Shown here piece after piece: positions 1 to 13,417 of a stretch of 64,000 bases of DNA. This DNA is from Azolla caroliniana (lineage: Eukaryota; Plantae; Polypodiophyta): positions 14,384,001 to 14,448,000 of the forward strand of contig JBHGNT010000011.1 in the NCBI GenBank assembly GCA_043228905.1, read 5' to 3'. A model generated the notes under the pieces. That model had not been told where the DNA came from, ran no database searches, and saw only the letters and a list, made by a program, of their open reading frames with translations. Numbering within the stretch: the first letter of the stretch is position 1; every line of letters starts with the position of its first letter. A program made the translations under genes and the position numbers.

Positions 1-2109
1 AACACATCCCTCTACACCTTTTGTAGTATTTTCCAAGAGTTAAAATATCATCATCACAATCTCTCCCCGTGCAGAAGTTGCACATACACACAAAAATTCG
101 TCATACTTTAGATTATAGAACATTGAATCAGTCAATCAATCATACGTAGAAAAAGTGGCCAAGTTCAACCACGTGGGTATACAAACCGTTCATTGACATG
201 TACACTTTGCATATTATTTTACCGATGTATCATAGATGCTCTCCTCTCAATGAATATCCGAAATTCATATAATTGTTTTACAAATACTATAAGAGTAATA
301 TATATATATATATAAACCCAAAATAAATGTCATACTTGTGTTGAAATAAAACATAAGTGCAGGCACACGTGCATGATCACGATTAATCGAGTAAATCATG
401 AATGATGGAATCATAATCAACAATATTGCACAATGTAGGAGATTTTATTCTTAGAGACGTGTCTCTCCATTCCTTGCATCAAGGACGGTATCATTTTCAA
501 GAGAAATTGTTCAACTTCTAAAAAGAACCATATCTTTTATGGAATAACACTTCTCCCAAAAAACCTAAAACAAATGCTTGAGATGGCTCAATACAATATA
601 AATCCAAAATAATAGATGACTCGTAAGAATAAGGCCATGACGGCTATGCAACTCAATGAAGCATGCGTTTAAAATCTATATCAAATTTAATGTGCTACAA
701 TAGTTACTACATGACTTTGCAATCACATGCGAAACATGTTTGCAATGTTTACAAAACAAATCCAAATATGCCATATGGTTGTTGACTCAAAAATTGGATC
801 TTTGCAAGTGAAATACTTTGTTATGCTATTGCATGTATTTTATTACAAACTTTTCTACTCTTATCTATACTTGCAAATTTGTGCTTGGGAAACATCATAC
901 ACCTAATATATCTTCTAAACCTCTTTGTATAAAGTTAACAACCTTCCAAATAGCTACATGAATGACCTTTCTTTGCAAAATAATAACTAATTCTACATCA
1001 CCATCACCTTTTGTTGTTCACAAATTCCCATGAGGTAAGTAAATTATACACAATGATGTTTGTAACTTGTAACCATGCCTCACATGCGTTACAAACTACA
1101 TTTTATTAACTTATGCGAAATTTTTTAAATGTCATGACTCATCCATCTTAAATTATTCATTGGATTTGTTGTTCGCTGTTATAGCTATGATAAGTTGTAA
1201 AACAATTACAATCAGATTTAGTAGGCATGACCATAAATTTAATGATTTGTACAATGCCCTCTTTCCTCCTTTACCATGTATTAATTTATGACATATTTCT
1301 TTCCCCGAGCAAAGATCTTTAAGACCATAATGCATTGATAAATGATCAACATTCCTATAATGATTGCCATATTTATTGGCCTAGAATGAGGTAGTACCGT
1401 AGTAGTGGACAAATGTCGAGCATCATTCAATACATATATAAAGTGGATTCCAACTTATTGTGCCCAATGGAATTATTGGATGTTAGCAGAGGGTCATTCA
1501 ATATATAAAGTTGAATCATGGTTATGCGGAGAATTTCAATGTGTTCAAAGTCAGACGAAGAACACCATAGTCAAAGAATCATTGCAATTAGGTGAGTTTT
1601 TCATATGTAAGTGGAAATGTTGGAGACACGAGGAGTGAATGTATTAGTGGATGAGAAATGTTTTTTGTGGGGTATATACTATACACTAGAAGCTTTTGTG
1701 GTTCGTATGGTTGCTAGACAAGATTCAAACCATTTTGATGGGTTCATAAAACCACAACAAGAACTTCAATGTGCAATTATCAACAACCTCAATTGCACAA
1801 GATGAACCATGAATTAGAGTACAATAATTGTTAGTCACACATATGTTTTCACGTGTGGTTAAGCTACACATGAATGGACAATCCATGCAAATCCATAATT
1901 CATTATGGCAATTCATGAGAAATATTTCTTAAAACAATTTACTTTATCTACCAAATTTGATGGAAATGCTTGACATGCACACAATAGTTTTTTGGCAAGA
2001 GTGAGAGGTTATGTGCCTCACGAGATAACATAAATTCTTTAAGAACAAATCATGTACACGATTTGAAGGAACAATCATATTTATGTTTTAGTAGTTTTGG
2101 AATTTGAGA

Positions 2110-3750
2110 CACACGCCACCATATGAAAGATTGGTTTGATAAAGCTCTTTCCAAAGGTTCAATTGCCATTATCTTTAGACTCAATGGGGACCTATTTCCT
2201 TAATGGGATAGAAGTTATTTGTCAAGGTCATTGCTTAGGTTACAAAATATTCCCAACAATAGTTAATGAAGCTCAATATGGGTTTCTATTAGGATAGTGT
2301 AGTGTAATCCACACAATATCCTTAATGGTGCCTAGGCTCTTGATGGGGTAATTTTTCACTTTCCTATTTGTGTATACTTTGTAGAAGATTCTATGTGTAT
2401 ACTTTGTAGAAGATTCTACTATGGATAAACACGGCTAGGTTACACATTGTTTACATTATCTTTTGCTCATCTATTAGTAATTTAATGTTGGGCTTGTAAA
2501 TGCATCATTAAGGTTATTATATTGAGAGTTTGGGTTTGAGATTTTGTGCATTACTTTGTAAACCAACATTTTGTCCATGACATATACTTTTAATATGCTT
2601 AATGCATTCCCACATTATTTCCTCGGGTTCTTGTTTTAGTGAGAAGATTTGATCGATGCCAATCCACTTTGTACCTTGCCTTGTGAAGTTAGTGAAAGTG
2701 ACTTTGGGACTAGATTATGAGATTGTTATCTAAGACGAGCCCAAAGGCATCTATATATGTTGCATTCCTATTATGGGTCCATAAGCCTTAGTACGAATAA
2801 TCTATATATCTCATAAATTTCAAGATTAAAGTGCTAAAGCTGTTAGCTTGTCTTTATAAAAGCCACATATCTCCCTGTCCCTAGCCTTGTCCCTCCTTTA
2901 GGGAAATCAATATTTTTATGAACCGAAATCTCATCTCCAAATGTGTATCAAGCATTGGCAGTCCTTAGGAAATCACTCTCAATGATTGTTGTGGATGCTC
3001 AATTGAGTTTTAATGTTGATACTTTCTTTAAGTCACAAGTCTATGAATTTCTCTCTTCCAGAAGTTATCCTTCTTCACTGTTGACATGAAGGAGCTCATT
3101 CTTCAAAATGTATAATTGACTTTGGGCATGCGCATATTCTATGACATGCCCATCATAAAGCATGTATATTTCTTGTTTCACATATCAAAACAGCCCATGA
3201 CTGGGCCTTAAACTAATTGATCCTACAATAATTGGATCAATGGAAATATTTAATTCTTATATTTCTAATTCTTCAAAAAATTATTTTCTTTGATTACATC
3301 TATGTCCTTGTGATAATATCTCTCCACATCATTAGGTTACATGTCAAAATATCTCTCCTCATCATTGGAATTAATTGTCCTCCTTTGAGAGGCTAGCATA
3401 CAACTTTCATCTCCAATAGGATATATTCTTGGCCCCTCATTTCATAGACATGATATTTGTGTCTTAGCCTCCTTGCATCAGGAAAATTTTAGTGGAATCA
3501 CTAGCCAATCGACGAATCGTGGAAATTCAGAGCATATAAAGGTTCCTTCCTTGTGCATGCCCTTGCCCCATTTCAAACTCATGGGTTGGCCAATTCATAT
3601 TAGCATTACCTTACTTTGTCATGACTTGCTTATAGACGATGACTTTGTTGTTATCTCATCTATAGGTGGACTAGGCCTCGGGTTCAAGAAGCATGTCTAG
3701 ATATCCTTTGGTTTCCTCATCATTGATGGTTGTTCGGTTTCACATTGTAC
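2110..3750. mobile_element. Highly decayed LINE (L1-like) RT fragments
   Basis: + strand ~2230-2297 reads (RLQ)..PTIVNEAQYGFLLG, resembling the LINE RT motif 'LP.II...Q..F..GR'. Minus-strand fragments resemble KAY(D) and (G)YPIG. Many stops and frameshifts; boundaries approximate. Confidence 0.4.
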
Positions 3751-3764
3751 TTTGAACATATCAA

Positions 3765-4160
3765 TGTTCAAGCCCACAATAGGTGTTGAGGCATGTCAGT
3801 ACTTTTGATCATATTAAATATATATCAAACTCTCCACTTCTAACACCTTTTTTGACAATACCAAACTTGATTGGCTAGAAGAGGGTGAACTTGTAAATAC
3901 TAAGACAATGGCCTCGTTTCTCCATGCTGTGAAAGGGGACAAAGGCCATGAACACATTGGTGTTCAAGCCCATTGTAGGTGAAGTAGTGTGTTGAGGCAT
4001 ATATGTACTTTTGATCATATCACACATGTATCTATCAAACACTCCACTTCTAACACCTTTATTGGCACTACCAAACTTTATTTGGTTAGAAACGAAGAGC
4101 TTGTAATACTAGGACAATGGCCTTGTGTCTCCATAATGTGAAAGGGGACAAAGGCCATAA
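3765..4160. repeat. Diverged ~196-bp tandem duplication (2 copies)
   Basis: tgttcaagccc...tacttttgatcatat...ctccacttctaacacc...gtgaaaggggacaaaggccat occurs at 3765 and again at 3961. Confidence 0.85.
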
Positions 4161-4241
4161 CTCTACAAATGTGAAGACATACAAAAGCCAACGTATGAGT
4201 ATTTTGTTCTTCTTTTGATTCTTCTTCATGCGGCCGTGATG

Positions 4242-6490
4242 TGTTGCAACCAAAGGTAGGAAGTGGGAAAAGGAATGGAGGAAGCACGTGGAGAAAGAGT
4301 GTGAGACATGTAAATGTTGGCATAATGAGCCGACTCCTTCCACTTTGTATCCTAATGTGAACACTTCCAAAGAGTTAGGGCTTAATATATAAGCTATAAC
4401 CTAACGTTGTAATAGAGGTCTTGATCATTCTTGTATATCTTGAGTCTCTGAGAGAGAAAAATAGCGAATAACGAGAATCCCCATTGAAGCTTAACTTCTT
4501 ATCTATCTACTTCTTTAGCCATATATATGTGTATGTTGTCTGTTGTGCACATTCACCGACAGGTCCTCACTTGCTTCCACACATTATTTCCCTCAACTAG
4601 TATTAGAGCGACATGATGTTCGACGGCAACAAAAGAAGTAGAGAAAGCTGAAAAAGAAGACAAGGTCAGGAAAAATCTCACTTTCGAAAAAGAATATGGC
4701 CTCAACATCCGGAACAGGAGTTGAAATCCGAAAGTTCGATGACAAAAATTTTTCCTTGTGGAAGGAGATGATGTAGGATGTGTTGATCATTAGGAGACAA
4801 GTTGAAGCTATTCAACATAGCAAAAAACCTGCTATGGTGTCAGCCGAAGAGTGGAGATCACTAGACGAAATCGCGCGCTCCACCATTCGAATGCATCTGG
4901 TCAAGAATGTCTATTTCAACATGGCCACAGAGACAACAACTTTCTCGTTATGGGAGAAGTTACAAGAAATGTACGAAAAGAAGTCCTCCTCGTCGAAACT
5001 CATATTGATTCGACAATTGTTCAATATGAAGATGAGAGAGTTGGATCCTGCAACCTCCCACATCAACACCTTCCGCTGGGTGTTGTTTGAACACTCCTCC
5101 CAATGGATTAATTTCGAAGAAGAGTTTAAAGCCCTTGCCCTCCTATCGAGCTTGCCGGCGAGTTGGGAGGTATTCTACACGACATTTACCAATAACTGTC
5201 TAATTCTAAATCTAGATGAGATGATAAACCAAGTCCTCACCTAGAACATTCAGCGAGAATCGATGGGACTCACCATCGATGAATCGGGAGAAGCCCACCA
5301 CGCGACTGAGACGATCGACTGACGGAGAGAACAAGCCGACAAAACCGGTCGAAATCATAGTCGATCGAAAATGAGGGGAGACCGACAACGGTTGAAGTCG
5401 AGAACGAGTCGATCAGGTGAATTTTGCACTCATTGCAGAAAAGCCGGTCACAATGTTTCTGATTGCTGGTCGATCAAGCGGAAAGAGAGTGGTCGATGAT
5501 CCGAACGGAATCGAGGACGATCTGACTTGAATCACTCTCCAGTCAGCAACCAAGTTAATGTTGTCGACACCCGATTGGGAGAAATCCTCTCCTTAGAGGA
5601 CTCGATGATTGGAGAAGTCCTCTACAGTGCGTAAGACGCACACACGTGGTTGTTGGTTCCGGCGCCACATTCCACATGACCCCGAACATCGAATGGTTTT
5701 CAAACTATTCAGCCGAAGCCAGCAACACAAACTGACTCAGCAATGTGCATGAGTGCATATCGCAGGGATTGGAGAGGTCCCCATCCGATTGCCGAATGGC
5801 AACAAGATCACCCTGCACCAAGTTCGGCATGTACCCGATCTAAAAAGGAGTCTGGTCTCCATCGGCATGTTAGTGGAAGACGGCTACAGAACGACTCTAA
5901 ATGAGTCGGCATGGATCATCAACATAGGAAATCTAAGAATCAGAAGCGGGCACAAATACAACAACTTGTACCCAATAATGGCGATTAATCCAGAAGGGGC
6001 CGTAAACATAACCGAAAAGACCGACCTGAACTTTTGGCATGGCCAACTCAGTCATATGTCTCAAGCTGAACTCGATCGATTGATGGCGGTCGGCTACATC
6101 CCGAAACTTCAAGCAAAGACGGACTTCTGCAAGCATTGTCGATACGAGAAACAAACCTGCAATCCACACTCTCTTCATTATGAGATGGTACGTCAACCCC
6201 TAGAGCTTGTGCACACAGATATATGTGGGCCAATGCCCGAAAGATCTCTAGGTGGCTCCCGATACTTCATCACGTTCGTCGATGATTGTACACGGAAGGT
6301 ATGAGCCTATTCAATCAGGTCGAAAGACGAAGCGCTTGAGATCTTCGCTCGATGGTTAACCGAAGCGGAGAACCGGTTAGGACACATAGTGAAGACACTC
6401 CGTTCCGACAACAGAGGCAAATATACCTCTCGAGCCTTCAAGTAGTACCTGTCCGACAGAGGTATTCGGCATCAAAAGACCGTTCCTTAT
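4242..6490 (+). mobile_element. Ty1/Copia element C1, 5' portion (5' LTR 4242-4595, PBS, gag-PR-INT); 3' part missing
   Basis: TG...CA LTR followed by degenerate tRNA-iMet PBS tagtattagagc (4598-4609). The coding region is interrupted in integrase at 6490 by C2. Confidence 0.85.
4696..6490 (+). pseudogene. Copia C1 gag-pol pseudogene (gag, CCHC knuckle, protease, GAG-pre-integrase, integrase core)
   Basis: MASTSGTGVEIRKFDDKNFSLWK..., CTHCRKAGHNVSDC knuckle (~5425-5466), WLL(D)SGATFHM protease, WHGQLSH, LELVHTDICGP, YFITFVDD. In-frame stops and frameshifts. Confidence 0.9.
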
Positions 6491-6853
6491 TGTAAATAAA
6501 ATGAGGAGCAAGAGTGGCTAAGATGTAGCGGAAGGACTGTGTGTATGCACGTAAGGCAAAAGAGAGAGAGAGAGAGCTTAAGACAGAGATAAAAGATTGT
6601 ATATTACATTAACCAAAATACTTCCAACAGTAACTAAGTTACAAGGGGTTGGTTTAAATACCAACTAAGCTAGGGTAAGTGCCCTTTCTACTATTTTCAA
6701 AACTAGCTTGGTATGTCCATGAGCTAGTGTGAAACCTATTACTATGGGAAGTTGAGTTCGATTCTCAACACGCCCCTTCGAACACAACTTCCATCAATCG
6801 AAAAGTTGTTTCGGTTCGGTCTTCGGTCTTCGGAATCCGGCTTCCGACGTTCG
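6491..6853 (-). mobile_element. 3' end of minus-strand LTR element C2 (3' LTR 6491-6770 plus PPT 6771-6780)
   Basis: Minus strand reads gaaggggcg (PPT) then TGTTGAGAATC...TTTATTTACA. Inserted in the C1 integrase and itself interrupted at 6854 by C3. Confidence 0.75.
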
Positions 6854-7465
6854 TGTTGAGCGGCAAGCTCAACCGGATCTGGATCGGCTGAATAAGCCTG
6901 AGCCGGATCAACATCCGAAACAATGAGCCGGATCGGTGAGCCTGTGAGCAAGGGAGCCGGTGAGCTGGGGAGCTGGTTAACTGGATCAAACAGTAACCAG
7001 ATGTTGTCCAGAGGACAAAAATGTAAAATTAGGAAATTATCAAACGCCGAGTCCGAGTATCACGGGCCACCGACGGCTCGGCTGTGTATTAGGGGAAAAG
7101 TTATTTAAACGAGGACCAGTACCTCAGAGGAGGGAGAGAAGAAAAATATAGGCGGAAGCACTAGCTGAGTCCCTCGTAACTAGAGAATCTTGTAAGGTCA
7201 CCGGCCGTAGGCCGTGTTCTGTAATCTTTTTTCTGTCGCAGTAATATATCTGAATTGTGCCCAGTTTGTTCCATGTGTCTGTGCTTTGATTCATACCTAT
7301 GATTTCAACGCCGTCCACGCCTATCAAGACCTCGCTAGTGTTTTCTCTCTGAGCCCTGTCTCTCTCTCGACGCCTCTGTTACGAGCCTTCACGTACCACG
7401 CCCTTGAATACCGATAGCCGCAGATCTATCGTAGGTGTTCACCCAAAGGAACGGGTAGCACAATT

Positions 7466-7478
7466 TGGCACGCCCGGT
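7466..7478 (+). promoter_or_regulatory. PBS of G1, complementary to a tRNA-Arg 3' end
   Basis: TGGCACGCCCGGT, 5 nt after the 5' LTR. Matches the TGGCACGCCC-type Arg PBS known in Tat/Ogre-like elements (tRNA sequence recalled from memory). Confidence 0.8.
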
Positions 7479-7753
7479 TACAGCTGTGAGTGCACAGCGA
7501 ACTTCGTTGAAGGTAACCACCAGCCGCCGTTACGGCGCCCTGTCGCACCACGAGGTCTTGGCCACCTGCCCGACGCCCTGAGCCAGTCGAAGGAACTTCC
7601 GACTCGGCGGTCACTGACCAATCCTTTCCCAAGCAATCAGAGGCTTTCCTAGTGCAATCCTCGCCACCGGACACTCGATCGTGAGTTGATTCACCACCAA
7701 AACCCCCGTCGAGCCCTCCGGAGGTCAATCAACCGGAACTAAACCCTTTTCCG

Positions 7754-10700
7754 GTGCTACCAGAAGACCCACAATACGACATCATGCCGTGCCCATACCC
7801 ACGATACACCGACAGACTAGACGCGGAGTCACACATCCGTGCTTTCATATCCACGTGGCAGGCCAACCACTCAACGCACCGCCTCACGCCGGCCGAAATC
7901 GATGCCTCAAAGATTGCCGAGTTCACACTCTCCCTCGATGGACCGGCCGCACGTTGGTACTCTCGCCTCGAAATAGGAGAGGCCACCACTTTCCAAATCG
8001 TGCGCACAAAGTTCCTTGAACTTTTTCATCGCGAGGTGCCTAAACGGGAACTGCTTCGGCAATTCTTCTGTATATGCCAGGAACTGCACGAAACGGTCGC
8101 GCAGTTCACGATCCGGTTCCAGGATCTCTACAGACAAGTGGCCGATGATGTCTCGGCACAACATATACCGGACACTTTCCTATCCAGTTTACGAGAGCCT
8201 CTCTGAACGACTCTCGCACTTACAAATTTCGCCAACCATACTATCGAACAAGTCATAGCGCGGGTTCTCGCCCTCGATTGAACCCAGCACGACGCAACCT
8301 TCTTGATGACATCCTTGCAAAATGCTCTTCCCCAAGAGGACAATCGCTTTCGCCAAGCCCTCCAATGCACGACGTGTTCAGGATCAGGGCACCTGGCCCT
8401 CGAATGTCCCCACCGACCACAGTGTTCGATCTGTCAGTCTCGAGCTCACACGGTCGAGCGGTGCGAATATAATATGCTGAACTGCACAACGGCGGCACCG
8501 GTCCGCCAGATCGAGCCACGAAATACATACTCTCGGCAGGACGAGCGATATGTCTACCGAGACCAGGATAACGACTGACCGCGATCCCCGGATCGACGAC
8601 GCCGAGACGACGACTACCGACGTGATGACCGCCGTGATCATTATCGCGATGACCGACACGACGATTATGCTCGATATGATGACGATCGTGATGACCGGTA
8701 TGACCGATGGAACTCACGCATTGATCGGCGAAACGGCAACCGCAACACACGCAACAATAGAAGACCTAACGACAACCGCCGACGGGACGCTTCTCAAAAT
8801 GACCAGCGCAACTCCAACGCACCTCGGAACAACCCACCACCAAACGAGACTGAGAATCAACAACAACAACTTCCACACACAGACCGAGCGGACACTAGCA
8901 GCTCGGCCAACGTGACATGTTTTAAATGTAACCAACCAGGCCACTATGCCACGCAATGTCCAACAACCAACCGTGGCAGGGCACCGGTGGTGAACAGTAT
9001 CATGGCCGATGTTCAAACGGTCACTACCCGGAGTAAAGCGCAGACTACTCAGTGGCAAATCTAGGATGAAGTCCGTTAGGCAGCAAAAGAATGGATCGAC
9101 ACGGCCAATAAAAATAATGCCGTACGCATGCAAACTGACATGAGAGAAGGGCCCAGTGAAGCACCATAAACCTCGGCACCATCCACGTCGTTGGAGGACG
9201 ACCAGCTATGGGATGTTCTTACCAACTCCCGCATCTCGCTGCCCCTACATAAACTGTTACCACTAATGCCGAGATTTTGGGACACCCTAGCGGCACTCCA
9301 GGCCAATACTAAGCCCGTGACTCCACCGGTACACCTCACCGAAGCAGGAACCGGTCCACCACTCATGGATTCTCAGAACCCAGCCGTGCGAATCATCATT
9401 AAGGGACAAGACCTACACGGATGCATCATCGATGGCGGATCCGGCGTAAACGTTATTAGCGAGTCAACGTGTCTCAACCTCGGCCTGAATCAATGGGAAC
9501 CATGCCCCTTTTGGCTTCGGATGGCCGACACCCGCTCCGTTCGCCCCATTGGTTTAATCCGCCATCTCAACTTCACACTCGGAGGCCACATGTTCACGAT
9601 CTCGGCCGTCGTGCTAAGACTGGAGACACAAGGCGCCTACCCAATGTTACTAGGTCGACCATGGTTGCGTACAACGAATATCAAGCAACATTGGCAACAC
9701 AACATGATCTCGTTCCGAAGAGGCAAGACAAAAGTCCGGATCACCACTGAAGAACGAGTCCCCGTCGCCCTCAACACTTCGCCGTTATACGCGGAAGGGG
9801 TCCATATGCTTGACGGTTTGGCCGATGAGGAGGTCGATGACTTCCTAGATGATCATCCCATGATCATCCCTCTCTTCGAAATCAATGCCTTACCAACCAT
9901 CGAGCCACCTAAAGACGAGGAAGTCACGGAGGAGTCACCACCCCAAGATGAACCAGATCCAACCACAGTTGCCGAGCTACGTCATGCTCGGGAGGCTTTC
10001 AAACACGAACTCGCCATTTCACAACGAGTGAAAGCATCAACCCTGGAAACAATAAACCTCGGTTCGGACGAGAATCCCCGTACGTTACAAATTGCCAATA
10101 ATCTACCAACCGGAGAACGGGCATGCCTCGTAAGATTGCTCACCGACTACTAGGATGTTTTCGCTTGGTCTTACACCGATATGAAGGGGCTGGATCCTCA
10201 ATACTACCAACATCAAATTCAAATCTTACCCGACACTCGGCCGGTTCAGCAGAGGCGCTACAGGATGAACCCCAACTACGCCGCTAAAGTCAAAGAGGAA
10301 ATCGACAAACTACTCCGAGTGGGCTTCATTCGCCCTGTTAAACGGGCCACGTGGTTGAGCCCGATCATAGTGGTCCCAAAGAAGAACGGAAAAATCCGCG
10401 TCTACATCGACTATCAGAAGCTTAACGCGGCAACAGTCACCGACGGTTTCCCTCTCCCATTCACGGACAACGTCCTCGACACGGTAGCCGGCCACGAATG
10501 CTACAGTTTCCTTGACGGGTTCAGCGGCTATAACCAGATAAGAATGCACCCGGAGGATCAAGAGAAAACCACTTTCGTCACGGAATGGGGTGTTTTTGTA
10601 GCAGAAGTAATGATGTTCAGTCTAAAAACGGCGTCGGCTACGTTCCAGCGCATCATCACCGAAATCTTTCATGACTACATCCCGACGTTCATGCAAGTCT

Positions 10701-12895
10701 TTCTCGACGATTTCGCCGTGTATGGCCATCGACGGGAACACATGCCCCAGTTACGACTCTGCCTGGACCGATGTCGCCAAGCTCGATTGAGTTTAAACCC
10801 GGCGAAATGCGCGTTCTTAGTCACCAGCGGCAACCTTCTCGGCCACATTGTCAGTCAAGAAGGCATCGCTATGGACCCGGATAAAGTAAAGGCAATCCTG
10901 ACCGCCACCGCACCCTCGAACACTAAGGCACTAAGCCGTTTTTTGGGACAGATCCGGTGGCACAGCCGAATGATACGACACTTGGCCGATTTCGCGACAC
11001 CTTTACACGCGGCAGTCCATCGCCTTCCTTTCCAATGGACGTCAATCGAGGACACGACCTATCAGACCCTGAAACGAATGCTGTCACATGCCCTGGGGGT
11101 CCAGTCTCCGGTTTGGTTCGAACCGTTTCATGTCTTCGTAGATGCTTCGGACATCGCCATCGGAAGTGCCCTGATGCAATGCACACCCCCGAATTGGTAT
11201 AGGCCTGTGTACTACGCCAGCCGACGGCTCTCGACCGCGGAAAAGAATTACTCCACCACTGAGCGGGAGGCCCTCGGTATGATTTATAGCATCAATAAAT
11301 TTCGGCATTACCTCTTGGGCCGAAAATTTACCTTTCACGTGGATCACTTGGCCCTTCTTTATTTGGTGTATAAACAAGCCCTCACCGGACGGTTGGCTCA
11401 GTGGATGCTCCTACTACAAGAGTTTGATTTCCAGATTCAGCATCGACCCGGGGTACAACATGTCGTTGCCGACTACTTGAGCCGTCTTGAATCAGGGGAA
11501 CCGGCGAAAACAACGTACGACGAGCTACCGGACGCCAGCCTATTTAACCTGACCACGATACCAGACGATAACGAAGATGAATGGATCACGGAGATGACCC
11601 ATTTTCTCACTACCGGTGTACCTCCCGAGCACATGCCCCTTGACACGAGAAAATGCCTAGCAGTGTGTAGCCGGAATTTTTGCCTCATCTCAGACATTCT
11701 CTACCACAAAGGCTCGGATGGCATATGGCGCCGAGTGATTCGGCAATTCGAGAAGAACGCCGTTCTTCAGGAAGCCCACCAGGGAGTAGCTGGGGGGCAC
11801 TACACCGGGGATTCCACGACAAGGAAAGTTTGGCAAAGTGGATTGTGGTGGCCGACAACGAAGAAAGACGCTCACGAGTTTTGCCGGCAGTGCGATTTGT
11901 GCCAACGACTGGGGCAACCAATGGAACGGTCACGGATGCCACACCAGCCGATTCTTCCGTTGGACCCATTTCAAAAATGGGGTTTGGATTTTGTAGGCCC
12001 TTTCAAACCACCTGCGGCCCGTATAGGGAATAGGTATATTATCGTTGCCATGGATTACTGCACCAAATGGGTCGAGGCTAAGGCACTCCGAAACAACACG
12101 ACGACATCCACGGCTAAATTCGTGTACGAGCACCTCTGGTGCCGTTACGGATGCCCAATCGAGCTCGTTAGTGATCAAGGTGGGCACTTCATCAATCATA
12201 TAATACGTGAACTTACACACCACTACGTGGTGGTGCACAAGAAAAGCACACCATACTACCCGCAGGCGAACGGCTTGGCGGAATCGACCAATAAAATCCT
12301 CCAAACCATACTGAAGAAGATCGTCAATGAAAAACGGAAAAATCGGGATGACAAACTCCAGAGCGCGCTGTGGGCGTATCGTACGACTTTCAAAACAAGC
12401 ATCCAATCAACCCCCTTCCGAATGGCGTTCGGGTTAGAAGCCGTAATGCCCGTCGAGTTCCAAGTCCCGAGCCTCCGAGTTCAAATCAAAGCACGGCTCC
12501 CCGAGGCCCAATCTGAGCAATACCGGCTGGAACAACTCCTCGAACTCGGCGAAGATAGGATAGAGAGTATGGCCCAGCTCGAACAACGCCAACGCCAACG
12601 AAAGGCTTTCGTGGATCGACATCGACAGGGGCTGGAAAAGGAGCTCACCATCGGCAAACCGGTTCTTCTTTTTCAAACATGACTCGGGTCTATGCCGGGA
12701 AAATTAAGATTTCAGTGGACCGGTCCATTCTGGATTATCGACGAGTTCAACGGGACGTTCCAGCTCGGCACACTCGCCGGCGACACTGTCAAAAGTTGGG
12801 CCAATGGTTTCCGACTTCGACCATATCCAGGCACTACACAACCCAACCCGTTTCGGGAAACCACCACGGAGGAGGCCACGTGTCCCCCTGAATAA
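7754..12895 (+). pseudogene. G1 gag-pol polyprotein (single frame, point stops only)
   Basis: ORFs at 7754, 8303, 9191, 10181 and 12692 are all in one frame. Retrotrans-gag, three CCHC knuckles, CIIDGGSGVNVI protease, RT (YRMNP...VFLDDF), RNase H (VFVDASD), integrase (HQGVAGGH..CDLC, WGLDFVGP), and a GPF variant of the GPY/F motif. Confidence 0.95.
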
Positions 12896-13417
12896 GGACT
12901 CACCCACCTTCTTGAAATTAATAAAAGTAGTAGTAGGTAGGATTAACCATAGTTTAGCCACCGATTAGCTACACCTACACCACCCACCTAGGCACCCACA
13001 AATTTAGGAGCACCTCTCGCCACCACTCATTTAGTACCTATTTAAGCACATGCAAAGCACTAGAAGCACCCCACTCACCTTCAGGACACGTGGTGTTAGT
13101 CACTTATTATGGCACCCACGACTCAGAATCTTCAGGATTCGCTTCAGGCACAAAACCCTAGGAGTAAGTTACTAAAACCGTTTCCAAAACGCAGCACAGA
13201 CACAGAAGTTCATTATCGCTCCCAATCTCCATCGCTCTCAAACTCAGAAACCCCGTCTTGCTCTCATCGCGCTAAACGCTCTTGCTCCCAAGCCCTCTTT
13301 CGCTCTCATAACCCCTCTGCTGAACTTCCCCTTCCTGCTGTTCCTTCTCTTTCTCGCCCTCGCCTCATCACTCTTCTTCACGCTTCCACACAGTCGAACC
13401 CCGTCTCCATCTCCACC

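Noticed and set aside
300-2100. Cys/His-rich minus-strand fragments (CT*..CVH, WICMDC, FCKHCKHV) hinting at a SWIM/CxC-type DNA-transposon relic
   Set aside because: Too degraded. No continuous frame, catalytic motif or termini can be supported without a profile search.
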